Virus record (IMG/VR): IMGVR_UViG_3300032323_002985
Span: 1-34,400 of that record
Reading direction: 5' to 3' (one strand)
Length of the DNA: 34,400 bases
Source of the DNA: a virus
Lineage: Duplodnaviria > Caudoviricetes
Below, in pieces: positions 8,771 through 18,798 of this stretch. Numbering within the stretch: the stretch's first letter is position 1; each line of letters begins with the position of its first letter. The notes under the pieces were generated by a model. That model did not search any database. It worked only from the letters and a program-made list of their open reading frames with translations, and was not told the DNA's origin. Position numbers and translations under genes: made by a program.

Positions 8771-11700
8771 ATGGCAGAAGCAAATTATGGAATATTCGGG
8801 GATGACTTTTCGTTAGAGGGAACAAACCCTGCAAGTGTACTTAGTAGTATTAGTGATACATCTGTGTCTTTTGGTGGAGGTGGTGGTGGTGGAGTAGCCA
8901 CATCAAATCCAACATCAACTCCAACTAATGTGATAATTCCTATCACAACAAATCCAAATGCATACGGTACTATAAATGCAAATAGTAATGTAATAGTAAA
9001 TGTAAAATCAAATCAAGAATCACAAATACTTGTAAATTCTGAAAATACATTTAAAACAACAACAGATAAATTAGATATATCTGTACATGATTTGTTAAAG
9101 GTAGGTAGTAAAACAATTACTGTAGAAAAATCTGGATTTAAATCAAATGAAAAATATGTATTTAAAGCAGTACCTAATCTTAATTTTAATTTTAGTAATT
9201 TAGATTTTAATATAAATTTAGGAGATAGTTTAATTGGATATCAAAATAGACTATTACCAAATTATAACGAACCATTAGGACCTACAAATCAACCTATATA
9301 TACCAATACACCTCCGTTTCAAATAATAGTAGAGTATTATAAAAACGATGAAATACAAATATTTCAATACGATACTGCTAGCCAAATAATTGATATAAAT
9401 TTTAATTTAGAAAAAGGGCAAGTACCAATAGAGGTAAATCCAGTAGATTTAAATGCAACTATTACAATTGATATAGACGGTATTACTGATTCTGTTTTAT
9501 ATTCAAATGGTATGGTTGCCGATACTTTAACTACCGGTAGAGTATATACATATACTGAAAAAATTGGAAGTGAAATATCTATATCATCTTCCGATTTACA
9601 AAGTCATATAATATCAAAAATTATAGTTACAAATGCAAATGGACAGGTAGAAGAAGTACTTCCAGATGCTGTATCTGCGGCTTCCGGTCTTTTAAATAAC
9701 ACAATTACAAATTCAAGTGTATTTTTACAATTTGAAGTTGCTGGTAATACAAAAATATCAATAACAACAGTAGCTGCACCAACTACTAGACTGTTACCAT
9801 CTATTGAATTTTCAAATAAAGAAAGTAATAGAAAATATAATATAAACGAAAAATCGGATATACCTATTGGTATAATTAAGAATGGTGTAGTATCCGATGT
9901 AGCTATTTATATAGGTGATAAAGTATATAAATACACAAAGTTAAACCAAGAGCCAAATTTACAACCTGGAATATTTGTAACAATTCCAGCATCAGCTATT
10001 GAAAATATAGGAAATTATAGAGTGGTATTAGTACCATCTACAACTAAAAAAACAGGCTTAGGTGTTTTATCAACTAATGGAAATTTTGATGGAACTCCGA
10101 TTGAATTTACTTTAAATGTTGTAAACGAAGTTTTTGTTGGTGTACCTGATATTAGAAATATATCATATCCATCTGAACTAATCGGACCTGATTTTGTTGG
10201 AACGGATGTTAATTTTGAAATATCATACGAATCAGTAAATACCGATTATGTTAGAGTATTCAATGGCACTAACTATACACAAGTATCACCAAACGGAAAG
10301 GTTAGATTAAACATAAAGAAGTTAATAGAACTTGGTGGTAGTAATATAGCAGAAGACCAAAATAATATTGTATTAAATTTAAAATTAGTACCATATAATA
10401 TTAGCGGTATTGAAACTGTTGTTGGTAAAGAGGAATTTATTACTATTAAATTTGTAAAGAGTAATTTTACTATACCAAGAAACGTTGCTATTAATAGAAT
10501 AGCAGAAGGCTTTATAAATCAATTTGATAGAAGTATATTAAGAGAAAAAAACTCTAAATACTTAACTCACCTTTTACATTTTGGTGATGGTGATAACAAA
10601 TTAATTACAACATGGACTGGTAGTCAAAATTCTTTAATATTAAAATTATACGAGCCACTACCAACTTCAGTACAAACAAATCAACAAGTTTGGGTTTCTA
10701 AAATTTTAGCAAATCCAATAATTGATACTGTACGTTTGATTGGAGATACCACTCAAAACTGTCCACCATTAAGAGGGCCTAATTTTTCTTTAGATGTTGA
10801 TAATGGAATTGGATATCAAGTGTTTGATGAATTAGTAGCAAGTGGTTCTTATTCATCTAACCTATTATATAACAATTATGTATCATCGAAAGGAATTGAT
10901 ACTTCTAAATTAAATATTCAATATGTAAGTGGTTCTGATTATGCTTGGGGTAATTATGTAAATTTTGGGTCTGCCGAAGAAAGGGTAAATAATTTTATTT
11001 ATAAAATTGGTATACTTGAAAAATATATTATAGAATATCAAGCTCTTATAGGGCAAACATTTGATACGGGTTATATTCTTACAGAAGATTCTATGGGAAT
11101 TTTCACACCTGAAATAGAAGGTAATGAAGTACTCAATACTGAAAGCTCATTAGATATAACAACGGAAATTGCAATAAAATATGGGCAATATTCAATTGAT
11201 GAGTCTGGCACTTTATTAAATAAAATCAATAACATAATACAAAACTTTGATGGTTTTGAAAAATATTTATATACATCAACCAATGAATTAGCATATCCTA
11301 AATTTGATAATGCTAGCGAAAATGGTATAGTTAGAAAAGTAAATTATTTATCAACGTCAGACCAAGCTAAATTATGGTATAATAATATAGTTGCATCTGC
11401 TGAATATTATGATAGATACAATTCAAATTATTTAGTAAATAATCTTCCTCTTTTTATACAAGAAGATTATGATAATAATGATTTCATTGTATTTTTAGAT
11501 ATGATAGGTCAGCATTTTGACATAATATGGGCCTATATAAATTCTCTTAGAGATAGTAAAAAATTAGGAGAACTTCAATCCAAAAATATAATAAATACAA
11601 TTGTTGGTCCTGTTTTGGAATCTTTTGGCTGGGATACTAAGAGAGCTTTTAATTCCAATTTCCTTTGGGAGCATGTATATGGTACTAACAAAGAAGGTAA

Positions 11701-14041
11701 TCAAATATATTCAATGCCTCTTGATGAAGCAAACAATCAAGTTTGGAGAAGAATATTAAATAACTTACCATATCTATTAAAACATAAAGGAACGGGTAGA
11801 GCAATGAAAGCTATTATGGCTTGTTATGGTGTACCACAATCTTTATTGACAATAATGGAATTTGGTGGCCCGCAAGACCCAACGAAAGATGCAACTACTA
11901 AATTTACATTTGATGATAGAACAGCTGCAATTTATTTGACAGGTAGTTTAAATCAAAATGGTAGTTCGAATATTAAAGTTCCTTGGAAAGTAGCACCAAC
12001 AACAGGTAATTATCCGGCGTGTGTTGAATTTAGAATAAAGCCTGCAAAACTACCTGAAACATCATATACTATAATTTCTGGAAGTGAATGGAAGGTAGAT
12101 TTGGTTAGAACTACTGGTTCGTTTGCTTCGTTAGAATTAAACTTTGGTGGTGATGTTGGTGAGAGTAGTTACTTTATGACAACTGGTGTTGGTACTCCAT
12201 ATATTGAAACTTCGATTGATTATGTATATGGACCTGAATTTAAAACAAGAAGTATTAATATTCCATTATCATTAGAGAACTATACAAATATTTCTATAAA
12301 TAGATACAACTATGGTGGGTCTCAATCACAATATGAAGTTTGGTTTGCAACATCCGATGGTATCAGAATAAATACATTTGTTAGTATGTCATTATTGACA
12401 TCAGATAATCAATGGGAAACTGGTTCTACTTTACAAATAGGTGGTAATGGATTTGAGGGTAATGTTGATGAGGTTCGTTTATGGACTGTTCCTTTACAAA
12501 GAAGTAAGTTTGAAAATCATACGTTATTCCCTGATGCAATCAATGGTAACGATTATGATTCATCTACAAAGGATTTATTATTCCGTTTAGATTTTGAATA
12601 TCCAAAGGATAGAACAAACGATTCGTTTATTAAAAATGTAGCAATAAATGAGAGTTATACAGAACCATTTGGATTTGCAAATAATATGTATTCGGCATCT
12701 GTATATCCATATCAATACACACCATACGATAGAACTGTAACAGCTACTGTTCCATCTTTAGGATTTAATGTTTCTAATAAAATTCGTTTTGAAGAACAAA
12801 CTTTAGTAACAAATTTATCACATAAAGTTAGAGCAACTAAAAAATCATTTGATAGAGCTCCAATAGATTCAAATCGTTTAGGATTATTTTTCTCTCCAAT
12901 TAAGGAATTGAATATGGATATCCTAAAAGCATTTGGTGATTTTAACATTGATAACTATATTGGTGACCCATCGGATGAATATAAGGATAATTACAAACAA
13001 CTAAGTGTTCTTAGAAACTATTACTTTGAAAGACTTGATAGAAACATCTACGAATATATTCAGTTAGTAAGGTATATTGATAAATCTTTGTTTGATGTAT
13101 TGGATGATTTAGCACCTGCTAGAGCAAAGGTATCGAAAGGATTATTAATCGAACCTCACTATTTGGAAAGGAGTAAAATTAAATGGACAAAGCCGGAATC
13201 CGAAAGAAATGATTTTGATACAACTATATCAACTTTTGATGATGTTGATATAAATTCTACATTTGATTATAATGAAGGTGAATTGAATGCACAAGAAATA
13301 GCAACATTGGAAAGTAATTTAAATAATTTTGATGGTGTGGTTGATGCGGATAGTGCAATTTCATTGGAAAGTACAAATCCAACGTATGAATCTGAAATAG
13401 AAAATAATTTTGTAGATATATTAGATACTGAATATCCTACATACCCATCTCAAGGTTCTGTAAATATTGAGTGTCCTACTGGTGCAAGTTTATATGGTGA
13501 AGTTGATTCGTTTTCATCTACTCAAATTGGTATGGATAGAAATTCATTGGCAAACTTAGGATATGGTTTATATGCTAAGAGAGGAAATTCTATTTATAGA
13601 ACATTTGATGATATATTTGGAAACTTAGAAACAACAGGTAGTAGAGTTAGTGCATTCTTAGTAAAAGAATCTAAACCTAAAAAGAAAAAAACTCAAACGG
13701 GTGGATATCCAGCAACAACTTCAGGTCCTGTTAAATATACTACAATAACTACATTTGAAGATAAATACTATGTATCGTTATTACCTTTTAGTGGTAGTAT
13801 ATCATTAGGAAATGATGTAGTACAAGTTACACCTATTAATGGCTATTTACCAACTCACTATAAATTTACCAATGGGTTGGGTGAGGGATTACAACGTTCA
13901 TATTGGAAGGGTTCTATGCAAACTGCGGCAACTACACCGGATGGATTATCTCCAGTAGAAACATTTACAACTAATCCTAACATCCTTAGAGTGGCTAAGA
14001 CAGGTAGAGGTAGTGGTGAACCAATACTTGAAGTGGATTAA
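8771..14041 (+). CDS. Large baseplate/tail structural protein (1756 aa) with gp7/P2 gpI-like segment and LamG-like domain
   Basis: WRRILNNLPYLLKHKGTGRAMKAIMACYG resembles the tail protein I/gp7-type 'KGT' motif. VEFRIKP...LQIGGNGFEGNVDEVRLWTVPL is LamG/concanavalin-like. N-terminal half is beta-rich. Confidence 0.7.
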   Translation: MAEANYGIFGDDFSLEGTNPASVLSSISDTSVSFGGGGGGGVATSNPTSTPTNVIIPITTNPNAYGTINANSNVIVNVKSNQESQILVNSENTFKTTTDKLDISVHDLLKVGSKTITVEKSGFKSNEKYVFKAVPNLNFNFSNLDFNINLGDSLIGYQNRLLPNYNEPLGPTNQPIYTNTPPFQIIVEYYKNDEIQIFQYDTASQIIDINFNLEKGQVPIEVNPVDLNATITIDIDGITDSVLYSNGMVADTLTTGRVYTYTEKIGSEISISSSDLQSHIISKIIVTNANGQVEEVLPDAVSAASGLLNNTITNSSVFLQFEVAGNTKISITTVAAPTTRLLPSIEFSNKESNRKYNINEKSDIPIGIIKNGVVSDVAIYIGDKVYKYTKLNQEPNLQPGIFVTIPASAIENIGNYRVVLVPSTTKKTGLGVLSTNGNFDGTPIEFTLNVVNEVFVGVPDIRNISYPSELIGPDFVGTDVNFEISYESVNTDYVRVFNGTNYTQVSPNGKVRLNIKKLIELGGSNIAEDQNNIVLNLKLVPYNISGIETVVGKEEFITIKFVKSNFTIPRNVAINRIAEGFINQFDRSILREKNSKYLTHLLHFGDGDNKLITTWTGSQNSLILKLYEPLPTSVQTNQQVWVSKILANPIIDTVRLIGDTTQNCPPLRGPNFSLDVDNGIGYQVFDELVASGSYSSNLLYNNYVSSKGIDTSKLNIQYVSGSDYAWGNYVNFGSAEERVNNFIYKIGILEKYIIEYQALIGQTFDTGYILTEDSMGIFTPEIEGNEVLNTESSLDITTEIAIKYGQYSIDESGTLLNKINNIIQNFDGFEKYLYTSTNELAYPKFDNASENGIVRKVNYLSTSDQAKLWYNNIVASAEYYDRYNSNYLVNNLPLFIQEDYDNNDFIVFLDMIGQHFDIIWAYINSLRDSKKLGELQSKNIINTIVGPVLESFGWDTKRAFNSNFLWEHVYGTNKEGNQIYSMPLDEANNQVWRRILNNLPYLLKHKGTGRAMKAIMACYGVPQSLLTIMEFGGPQDPTKDATTKFTFDDRTAAIYLTGSLNQNGSSNIKVPWKVAPTTGNYPACVEFRIKPAKLPETSYTIISGSEWKVDLVRTTGSFASLELNFGGDVGESSYFMTTGVGTPYIETSIDYVYGPEFKTRSINIPLSLENYTNISINRYNYGGSQSQYEVWFATSDGIRINTFVSMSLLTSDNQWETGSTLQIGGNGFEGNVDEVRLWTVPLQRSKFENHTLFPDAINGNDYDSSTKDLLFRLDFEYPKDRTNDSFIKNVAINESYTEPFGFANNMYSASVYPYQYTPYDRTVTATVPSLGFNVSNKIRFEEQTLVTNLSHKVRATKKSFDRAPIDSNRLGLFFSPIKELNMDILKAFGDFNIDNYIGDPSDEYKDNYKQLSVLRNYYFERLDRNIYEYIQLVRYIDKSLFDVLDDLAPARAKVSKGLLIEPHYLERSKIKWTKPESERNDFDTTISTFDDVDINSTFDYNEGELNAQEIATLESNLNNFDGVVDADSAISLESTNPTYESEIENNFVDILDTEYPTYPSQGSVNIECPTGASLYGEVDSFSSTQIGMDRNSLANLGYGLYAKRGNSIYRTFDDIFGNLETTGSRVSAFLVKESKPKKKKTQTGGYPATTSGPVKYTTITTFEDKYYVSLLPFSGSISLGNDVVQVTPINGYLPTHYKFTNGLGEGLQRSYWKGSMQTAATTPDGLSPVETFTTNPNILRVAKTGRGSGEPILEVD

Positions 14042-14062
14042 GAATGAAAATATTAATTGGTT

Positions 14063-14070
14063 ATATTTAT
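14063..14070 (+). promoter_or_regulatory. ATATTTAT motif, putative phage late promoter
   Basis: 34 nt upstream of ATG 14105. Confidence 0.6.
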
Positions 14071-14104
14071 TTTAGATAATAAAGAATTAAAAAAACAATA
14101 TCAA

Positions 14105-14728
14105 ATGGCATATTTAGATAATACCGAAATAACAGTAGATGCAATTCTTACCAAAAAAGGAAGACAAAAGTTAGCATCTGGTCAATCTTTAAACATTTCA
14201 AAGTTTGCTTTGGGTGATGATGAGATTGATTATACATTATATGAGCCTGCACACCCAAAGGGTTCGGCTTATTATGATTCAGCAATTAGAGCTATTCCTA
14301 TTACCGAAGCATCACCTGATGAAACTCAAATATTGAGATATAAATTAGTGACTCTTCCAAAAGGAACAACTCAAATCCCAACTGTAAGATTGGGTGTACC
14401 TTCAATCGCTGTAAATCAATTAGAAGGTGGTGTTGGATTAACACCAACTACATCTCCTGCTGGAAACGCAAGTGCTGGATACACTGTAGTATTAACAGAC
14501 CAAAGAGCTGGTACATTGACAGTTACTAGAGGTGCATCTGCAGTTGGTAGTGTTCCTGTTTTCTTAGGAGAAGAAATTACAACAACCGCACAGGTGGTTA
14601 GTGGTTTAGAATTCAGATTCACACCAAATCCAAACTTAACAATCGATGTAGCAACTACATTGACAGTTTATGGTAATGAAACTGGGGGTTCTCAAACTAT
14701 ACCTGTAACTGTAACTTATAAAGCTTAA
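14105..14728 (+). CDS. Virion structural protein, tail-collar-fibre (DUF3751)-like N-terminus
   Basis: Start is more likely ATG 14105 (MAYLDNTEITVDAILTKKGRQKLA...ISKFALGDDEIDY) than the TTG at 14057, because an ATATTTAT motif lies at 14063-14070. Confidence 0.7.
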   Translation: MAYLDNTEITVDAILTKKGRQKLASGQSLNISKFALGDDEIDYTLYEPAHPKGSAYYDSAIRAIPITEASPDETQILRYKLVTLPKGTTQIPTVRLGVPSIAVNQLEGGVGLTPTTSPAGNASAGYTVVLTDQRAGTLTVTRGASAVGSVPVFLGEEITTTAQVVSGLEFRFTPNPNLTIDVATTLTVYGNETGGSQTIPVTVTYKA

Positions 14729-14741
14729 AAAGAAATAAATA

Positions 14742-15983
14742 ATGGCACTAATAAATGACCCTAACGTAACCGCCCAGATAGCAGCATTAGCAAACTCTGG
14801 TACGGTTGATACAAATCAAATCGTATCTATTTTAAATAGCGTATTACCAGCTGGTCAACAAATCGCTACTAACACAAGTGGTGTAACTACTGGTATTTAC
14901 AAAAGATTTGGTGATTTTGATAAAGTTAATGCAAAAACTGAAGTAGTAACAACTGGTTTATGGACTGGTGATTCTGGTTCATTAGCACAATTTTTTACAG
15001 CATCTGCACAAACTACCGCAACAAGCGGATACTATTATGCAAATGTTTATGATTACAATCCAGTAACATTTTCTGATACCGCTGAAGTACAATTCGCTGT
15101 AGCGTATGGGCATGTTAATGGTAGTGGTTCAATGACATTAGATGTTAATGATTCTGCACTTCTTGCAACTAAAGCAACTTACGCTCAGTATAGAGCAATG
15201 TTGTTAGACCCAACTGATACTAAATTCTCATTTGAAAATTCAGCAGGTACTTTGCAAGATTGTAACGCTGTTTACATAATCAATATAGCTAGAAGTAGAT
15301 ATAGAGAAAAAATGGATGCTGGAAACTGGTCATTAAGACTAACTGCAGGAAATGGTACATTTACTTTCATTGATAATAGTGGTAAGAAATTTGGTGATGA
15401 CTTGGGTTTAAGTGGTAGAACATTTAAAGTTGTTTCTGGTTCATTGAATTTAGGAACTGAAAATGAAGCAACTATCAATAGAACAACCGATGTTTCAACT
15501 GGACAAGGATTTGGTTTATTCTATCCTGATAGAGGTATTATAGTTCTTAACGCTGAAGCAATTGGTGCTACATTAGGTGCTATTGCTAACCAAACAATCT
15601 ATACCAAAGATGGAGCAATTATTCAGAGTGGTAGTGTAACTCCTTCTCACTCAACTGGAGCTGAAATGTTTAATCAATATAGATTACTTCAGGCAATTCA
15701 AAGAGGTGGTGATTTTGAAGCACGTAGAACTGAAAACATTTCTACTCAACACTTCTTTGTAAGAGCAACAAATAGAGAGTTTAATTACTCTAACAACCCT
15801 ACTTATGTAGATGCTGATGGATTCTTTGTAGAAGGTACATTTGAAACTGACCCACAAACGTTTATCACAACTGTAGGTTTGTTAAACGATTCAAACGAAA
15901 TGATTGCAGTAGCTAAAACTTCACAACCAATTGTTAAATCATTTGACAAGGAAGTACTTATTAAAGTTAAATTATCATTCTAA
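14742..15983 (+). CDS. Virion structural protein (413 aa)
   Basis: GLFYPDRGIIVL and C-terminal FITTVGLLNDSNEMIAVAKTSQPIVK are shared with the next gene; followed by a terminator. Confidence 0.7.
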   Translation: MALINDPNVTAQIAALANSGTVDTNQIVSILNSVLPAGQQIATNTSGVTTGIYKRFGDFDKVNAKTEVVTTGLWTGDSGSLAQFFTASAQTTATSGYYYANVYDYNPVTFSDTAEVQFAVAYGHVNGSGSMTLDVNDSALLATKATYAQYRAMLLDPTDTKFSFENSAGTLQDCNAVYIINIARSRYREKMDAGNWSLRLTAGNGTFTFIDNSGKKFGDDLGLSGRTFKVVSGSLNLGTENEATINRTTDVSTGQGFGLFYPDRGIIVLNAEAIGATLGAIANQTIYTKDGAIIQSGSVTPSHSTGAEMFNQYRLLQAIQRGGDFEARRTENISTQHFFVRATNREFNYSNNPTYVDADGFFVEGTFETDPQTFITTVGLLNDSNEMIAVAKTSQPIVKSFDKEVLIKVKLSF

Positions 15984-16001
15984 TTAAAAATAAACAAAAT
16001 A

Positions 16002-16027
16002 TAAGAACCCCCGAAAGGGGGTTTTTA
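16002..16027 (+). terminator. Rho-independent terminator
   Basis: TAAGAACCCCC-GAAA-GGGGGTTTTTA: 5 G:C pairs, GNRA tetraloop and T-run, just downstream of the stop at 15983. Confidence 0.9.
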
Positions 16028-16036
16028 GTTTAAGAA

Positions 16037-16044
16037 ATATTTAT
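16037..16044 (+). promoter_or_regulatory. ATATTTAT motif, putative phage late promoter
   Basis: Lies just after the terminator, where transcription would need to restart. Confidence 0.65.
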
Positions 16045-16058
16045 ATAAAAAATAATAA

Positions 16059-16931
16059 ATGATTAAAGAAATTCCTAAATCTGATATAGTGACAAGACCA
16101 ATCAAAGTTTATAAAGAATGGACTTTGGATGAGAATGATATTAGACCTATTTTTGGAGAAAACCCAAATAATACTTTAATTGATATTGATTTAGATGCAA
16201 AAACATACGATATAAATGGAGTTGAGTTTGTTAAAAAAATAGTATATGAATCAACAAAAGCGCAATTTTATACAAATCCAGCAACAGCATCTGTTTTAAC
16301 CGAAGTTGGTTTACGAAAATCATACGCATCAACCGATGAAAGGGTTTTAGAAAATGAAATGGCTGTGTTTGCAATACCACAACAAAAATATGGAGAGGGT
16401 ATAAAAGTTGGTACTGTAATATTAGAAGATGAAACATTAAATCGAACCTATACGGATGATGGTTATTCTAATTTATTAGATTCTGGTAGTAATATTAAGG
16501 GAAATATATTTTATGATAGGGGATTGGTGATTGTTACTAAAGATGTAGTTAGTGGTTCTGTTTTAAATCAATTTACATTAAAATATCGTTCTACCAAAAC
16601 AATATATGAAAATGAAGTATTTATTTCGGTTTTGGAAAGTGAATTTAATGTATCACAAAATCCATCAGCGGTTGATTTTAATGGAAGTGATTTTGGTAAA
16701 ATAAAATTAAACAATATACCATCTACACTTGTTGATAATAAATCTGGGGGATTTGCTGATTATGAATATAGTAGCTCGATAGACCCAACTGGTTCGTATT
16801 TAGCTCCTTATATTACAACAATTGGATTATACGATGACCAACTAAATATGGTTGCCGTTGCAAAGTTACCACAACCAATTAAATCTTTACCGGACTATCC
16901 AGTAAATTTCATTATTCGTTTCGATACATAA
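16059..16931 (+). CDS. Virion structural protein (290 aa), partial paralog of the upstream gene
   Basis: GNIFYDRGLVIVT and PYITTIGLYDDQLNMVAVAKLPQPIK. Confidence 0.7.
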   Translation: MIKEIPKSDIVTRPIKVYKEWTLDENDIRPIFGENPNNTLIDIDLDAKTYDINGVEFVKKIVYESTKAQFYTNPATASVLTEVGLRKSYASTDERVLENEMAVFAIPQQKYGEGIKVGTVILEDETLNRTYTDDGYSNLLDSGSNIKGNIFYDRGLVIVTKDVVSGSVLNQFTLKYRSTKTIYENEVFISVLESEFNVSQNPSAVDFNGSDFGKIKLNNIPSTLVDNKSGGFADYEYSSSIDPTGSYLAPYITTIGLYDDQLNMVAVAKLPQPIKSLPDYPVNFIIRFDT

Positions 16932-16935
16932 GGTT

Positions 16936-16943
16936 ATATTTAT
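16936..16943 (+). promoter_or_regulatory. ATATTTAT motif, putative phage late promoter
   Basis: 21 nt upstream of ATG 16965. Confidence 0.6.
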
Positions 16944-16964
16944 TAGTATATAAACATAAAAGAC

Positions 16965-17195
16965 ATGTCAAAATTAGTAGAACTTTTATTAACAAAAAAA
17001 CCAAAGGATTCTAAAGCCAATACAAAAGGCGTAGATAAAACTCCTATTGGTGTTGAATTTCCATTCCAAAACTCAAAGGATTTAATGAACTCCGATTTAT
17101 CAAAGCCAAGAGGTGGACAAATAGGTGGTACAACTGGAGGATTTAACTCATCTAAAAAATACGCAGATTCGGTTAATACTGCAAAAAATAAATAA
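16965..17195 (+). CDS. Small basic hypothetical protein (76 aa)
   Basis: Preceded by ATATTTAT at 16936 and an A-rich leader; abuts the next gene. Confidence 0.65.
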   Translation: MSKLVELLLTKKPKDSKANTKGVDKTPIGVEFPFQNSKDLMNSDLSKPRGGQIGGTTGGFNSSKKYADSVNTAKNK

Positions 17196-17606
17196 GTGAG
17201 CTGGAAATTTAATGGAAATATTGTTACAGAAGAAAACACACCTGAAGGTGCGGTTGGATTTGTCTATAAAATGATACATATTCCAACTGGAAAATTCTAC
17301 ATAGGTAAAAAACAACTTACTCAAACCCGTAGATTAAAACCCCTTAAAGGAAAGACCCGTAGAAGGGTTGTAAAGAAAGCATCTGATTGGGAAAAATACT
17401 ATTCATCAAACGAATGGATTAAATCGGAAGTAAAAGCTGGAAACGCTGGTGATTTTGAAAGAGAGATTATTCAGTTTTGTTTTTCAAAGAAATCCTTATC
17501 ATATTACGAAATTAAATGGCAGTTTCATTACGATGTACTAGCCAACGAACAAGCAATAAACGAAAACCTTATGGGAAAATTCTTCCGTAGGGATATTATA
17601 AACTAA
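17196..17606 (+). CDS. GIY-YIG family nuclease (Seg-like catalytic domain only)
   Basis: GFVYKMIHIPTGKFYIGKK (GIY...YIG), WEKYYSS, FEREII, LSYYE and a terminal N; GTG start. Confidence 0.8.
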   Translation: MSWKFNGNIVTEENTPEGAVGFVYKMIHIPTGKFYIGKKQLTQTRRLKPLKGKTRRRVVKKASDWEKYYSSNEWIKSEVKAGNAGDFEREIIQFCFSKKSLSYYEIKWQFHYDVLANEQAINENLMGKFFRRDIIN

Positions 17607-17611
17607 AAGTT

Positions 17612-17812
17612 ATGACAATACCTGAAATCGCAAAGAAGTACGGAATATCCGAATCTTATTTAAACGCAAAAGATGATGCACTACAAATAGCAGCAGCATC
17701 CTTAGTAGACCTTAAAGGGATGGTATCAAACAATATGCCAAGAGAGCAAATCTCCAATAAACTTCAATTTTTAGCAGACTTTTTATACGATTGTAAAAAT
17801 TCTAACCACTAA
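17612..17812 (+). CDS. Small hypothetical protein, possible N-terminal HTH
   Basis: MTIPEIAKKYGISESYL resembles a helix-turn-helix. Confidence 0.55.
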   Translation: MTIPEIAKKYGISESYLNAKDDALQIAAASLVDLKGMVSNNMPREQISNKLQFLADFLYDCKNSNH

Positions 17813-17844
17813 TTTGGTTATATCAGATAAAATTCGTATATTTG
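17813..17844 (+). promoter_or_regulatory. Bacteroidota sigmaA-type promoter (-33 TTTG / -7 TAnnTTTG)
   Basis: TTTG 17813-17816, 20-nt spacer, TATATTTG 17837-17844, 18 nt before the primase ATG. Confidence 0.85.
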
Positions 17845-17862
17845 TGTACGAATATCTAAATT

Positions 17863-18798
17863 ATGCTATCTGGTAGAAACAAATTACAAATAATTACAAT
17901 ATTAGACACTGCATTGGGTGTGGGTTCTTCCTTAAAGGGAAATGAACAGGCACATCATTGTCCATTTTGTAATCACCACAAAAAGAAACTACAAATAAAC
18001 TTAGATACTCAAAGATGGCATTGTTGGGTATGTGATTCTAAGGGTAGGAGTATAGTATCACTTCTTCGTAAACTTAATGTAGATTTAAGAGACCTATCAA
18101 AGGTTAAAGATATCTATGGTGATGAGCCTGAATACGATTCAAAGGAGGAGTTTGTAGCAAAGTTACAACTACCAAAAGAATTCAAACAATTATATTTCAA
18201 ACCAACTCGTACAAATCCATACTACAATCAAGCTATGCACTATCTTTCTCAAAGAGGTATTACACAAGCGGATATTGTAAAGTATAACATCGGATATTGT
18301 GAAGATGGATTATATGGTGGTAGAGTTATCATTCCATCTTATGATGAAAATGGTGAACTTAATTATTTTGTAGCTCGTTCTTTTTATCAAGATGAAAAGA
18401 TGAAATATAAGAATCCGCCTGTTAGTAGGGATGTAATTGTATTCGAAAACCAAATCAATTGGAAACAACCTATTACATTAGTAGAGGGTGTATTCGATTC
18501 ATTTTCAGTAAAGAGAAATGTGATTCCTTTGTTGGGTAAATTCTTACTTAGCAAATTGAAAAACAAAATTATGGAGAATGGTGTTAAAGAAGTAACAATT
18601 ATGTTGGATTCCGATGCATTAGATGATTCAACTAAACATACCGAATGGTTTTTAAAAAATGGAATAAAAGTTAAGAATATTATACCAACTGATAAGGATG
18701 CTGGTGAAATGGGATTTAAAAAAGTAAACGAACTATTGAAAGAAGCTAAAGAAACTAATTGGGATGATTTAGTACTTTCGAAACTAAACAATATATGA
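17863..18798 (+). CDS. DNA primase (DnaG-type; zinc-binding plus TOPRIM domains)
   Basis: CPFC...WHCWVC zinc finger; YLSQRGI, GRVIIP, YFVARS, KYKNP; TOPRIM LVEGVFD and MLDSD; KDAGE. Confidence 0.92.
   Translation: MLSGRNKLQIITILDTALGVGSSLKGNEQAHHCPFCNHHKKKLQINLDTQRWHCWVCDSKGRSIVSLLRKLNVDLRDLSKVKDIYGDEPEYDSKEEFVAKLQLPKEFKQLYFKPTRTNPYYNQAMHYLSQRGITQADIVKYNIGYCEDGLYGGRVIIPSYDENGELNYFVARSFYQDEKMKYKNPPVSRDVIVFENQINWKQPITLVEGVFDSFSVKRNVIPLLGKFLLSKLKNKIMENGVKEVTIMLDSDALDDSTKHTEWFLKNGIKVKNIIPTDKDAGEMGFKKVNELLKEAKETNWDDLVLSKLNNI

Noticed and set aside
1-16931. Bacterial contractile injection system (T6SS/eCIS) rather than phage
   Set aside because: The gp6-type wedge, linked primase and recombination nuclease, S74 tail fibre and absence of bacterial housekeeping genes favour a phage genome.
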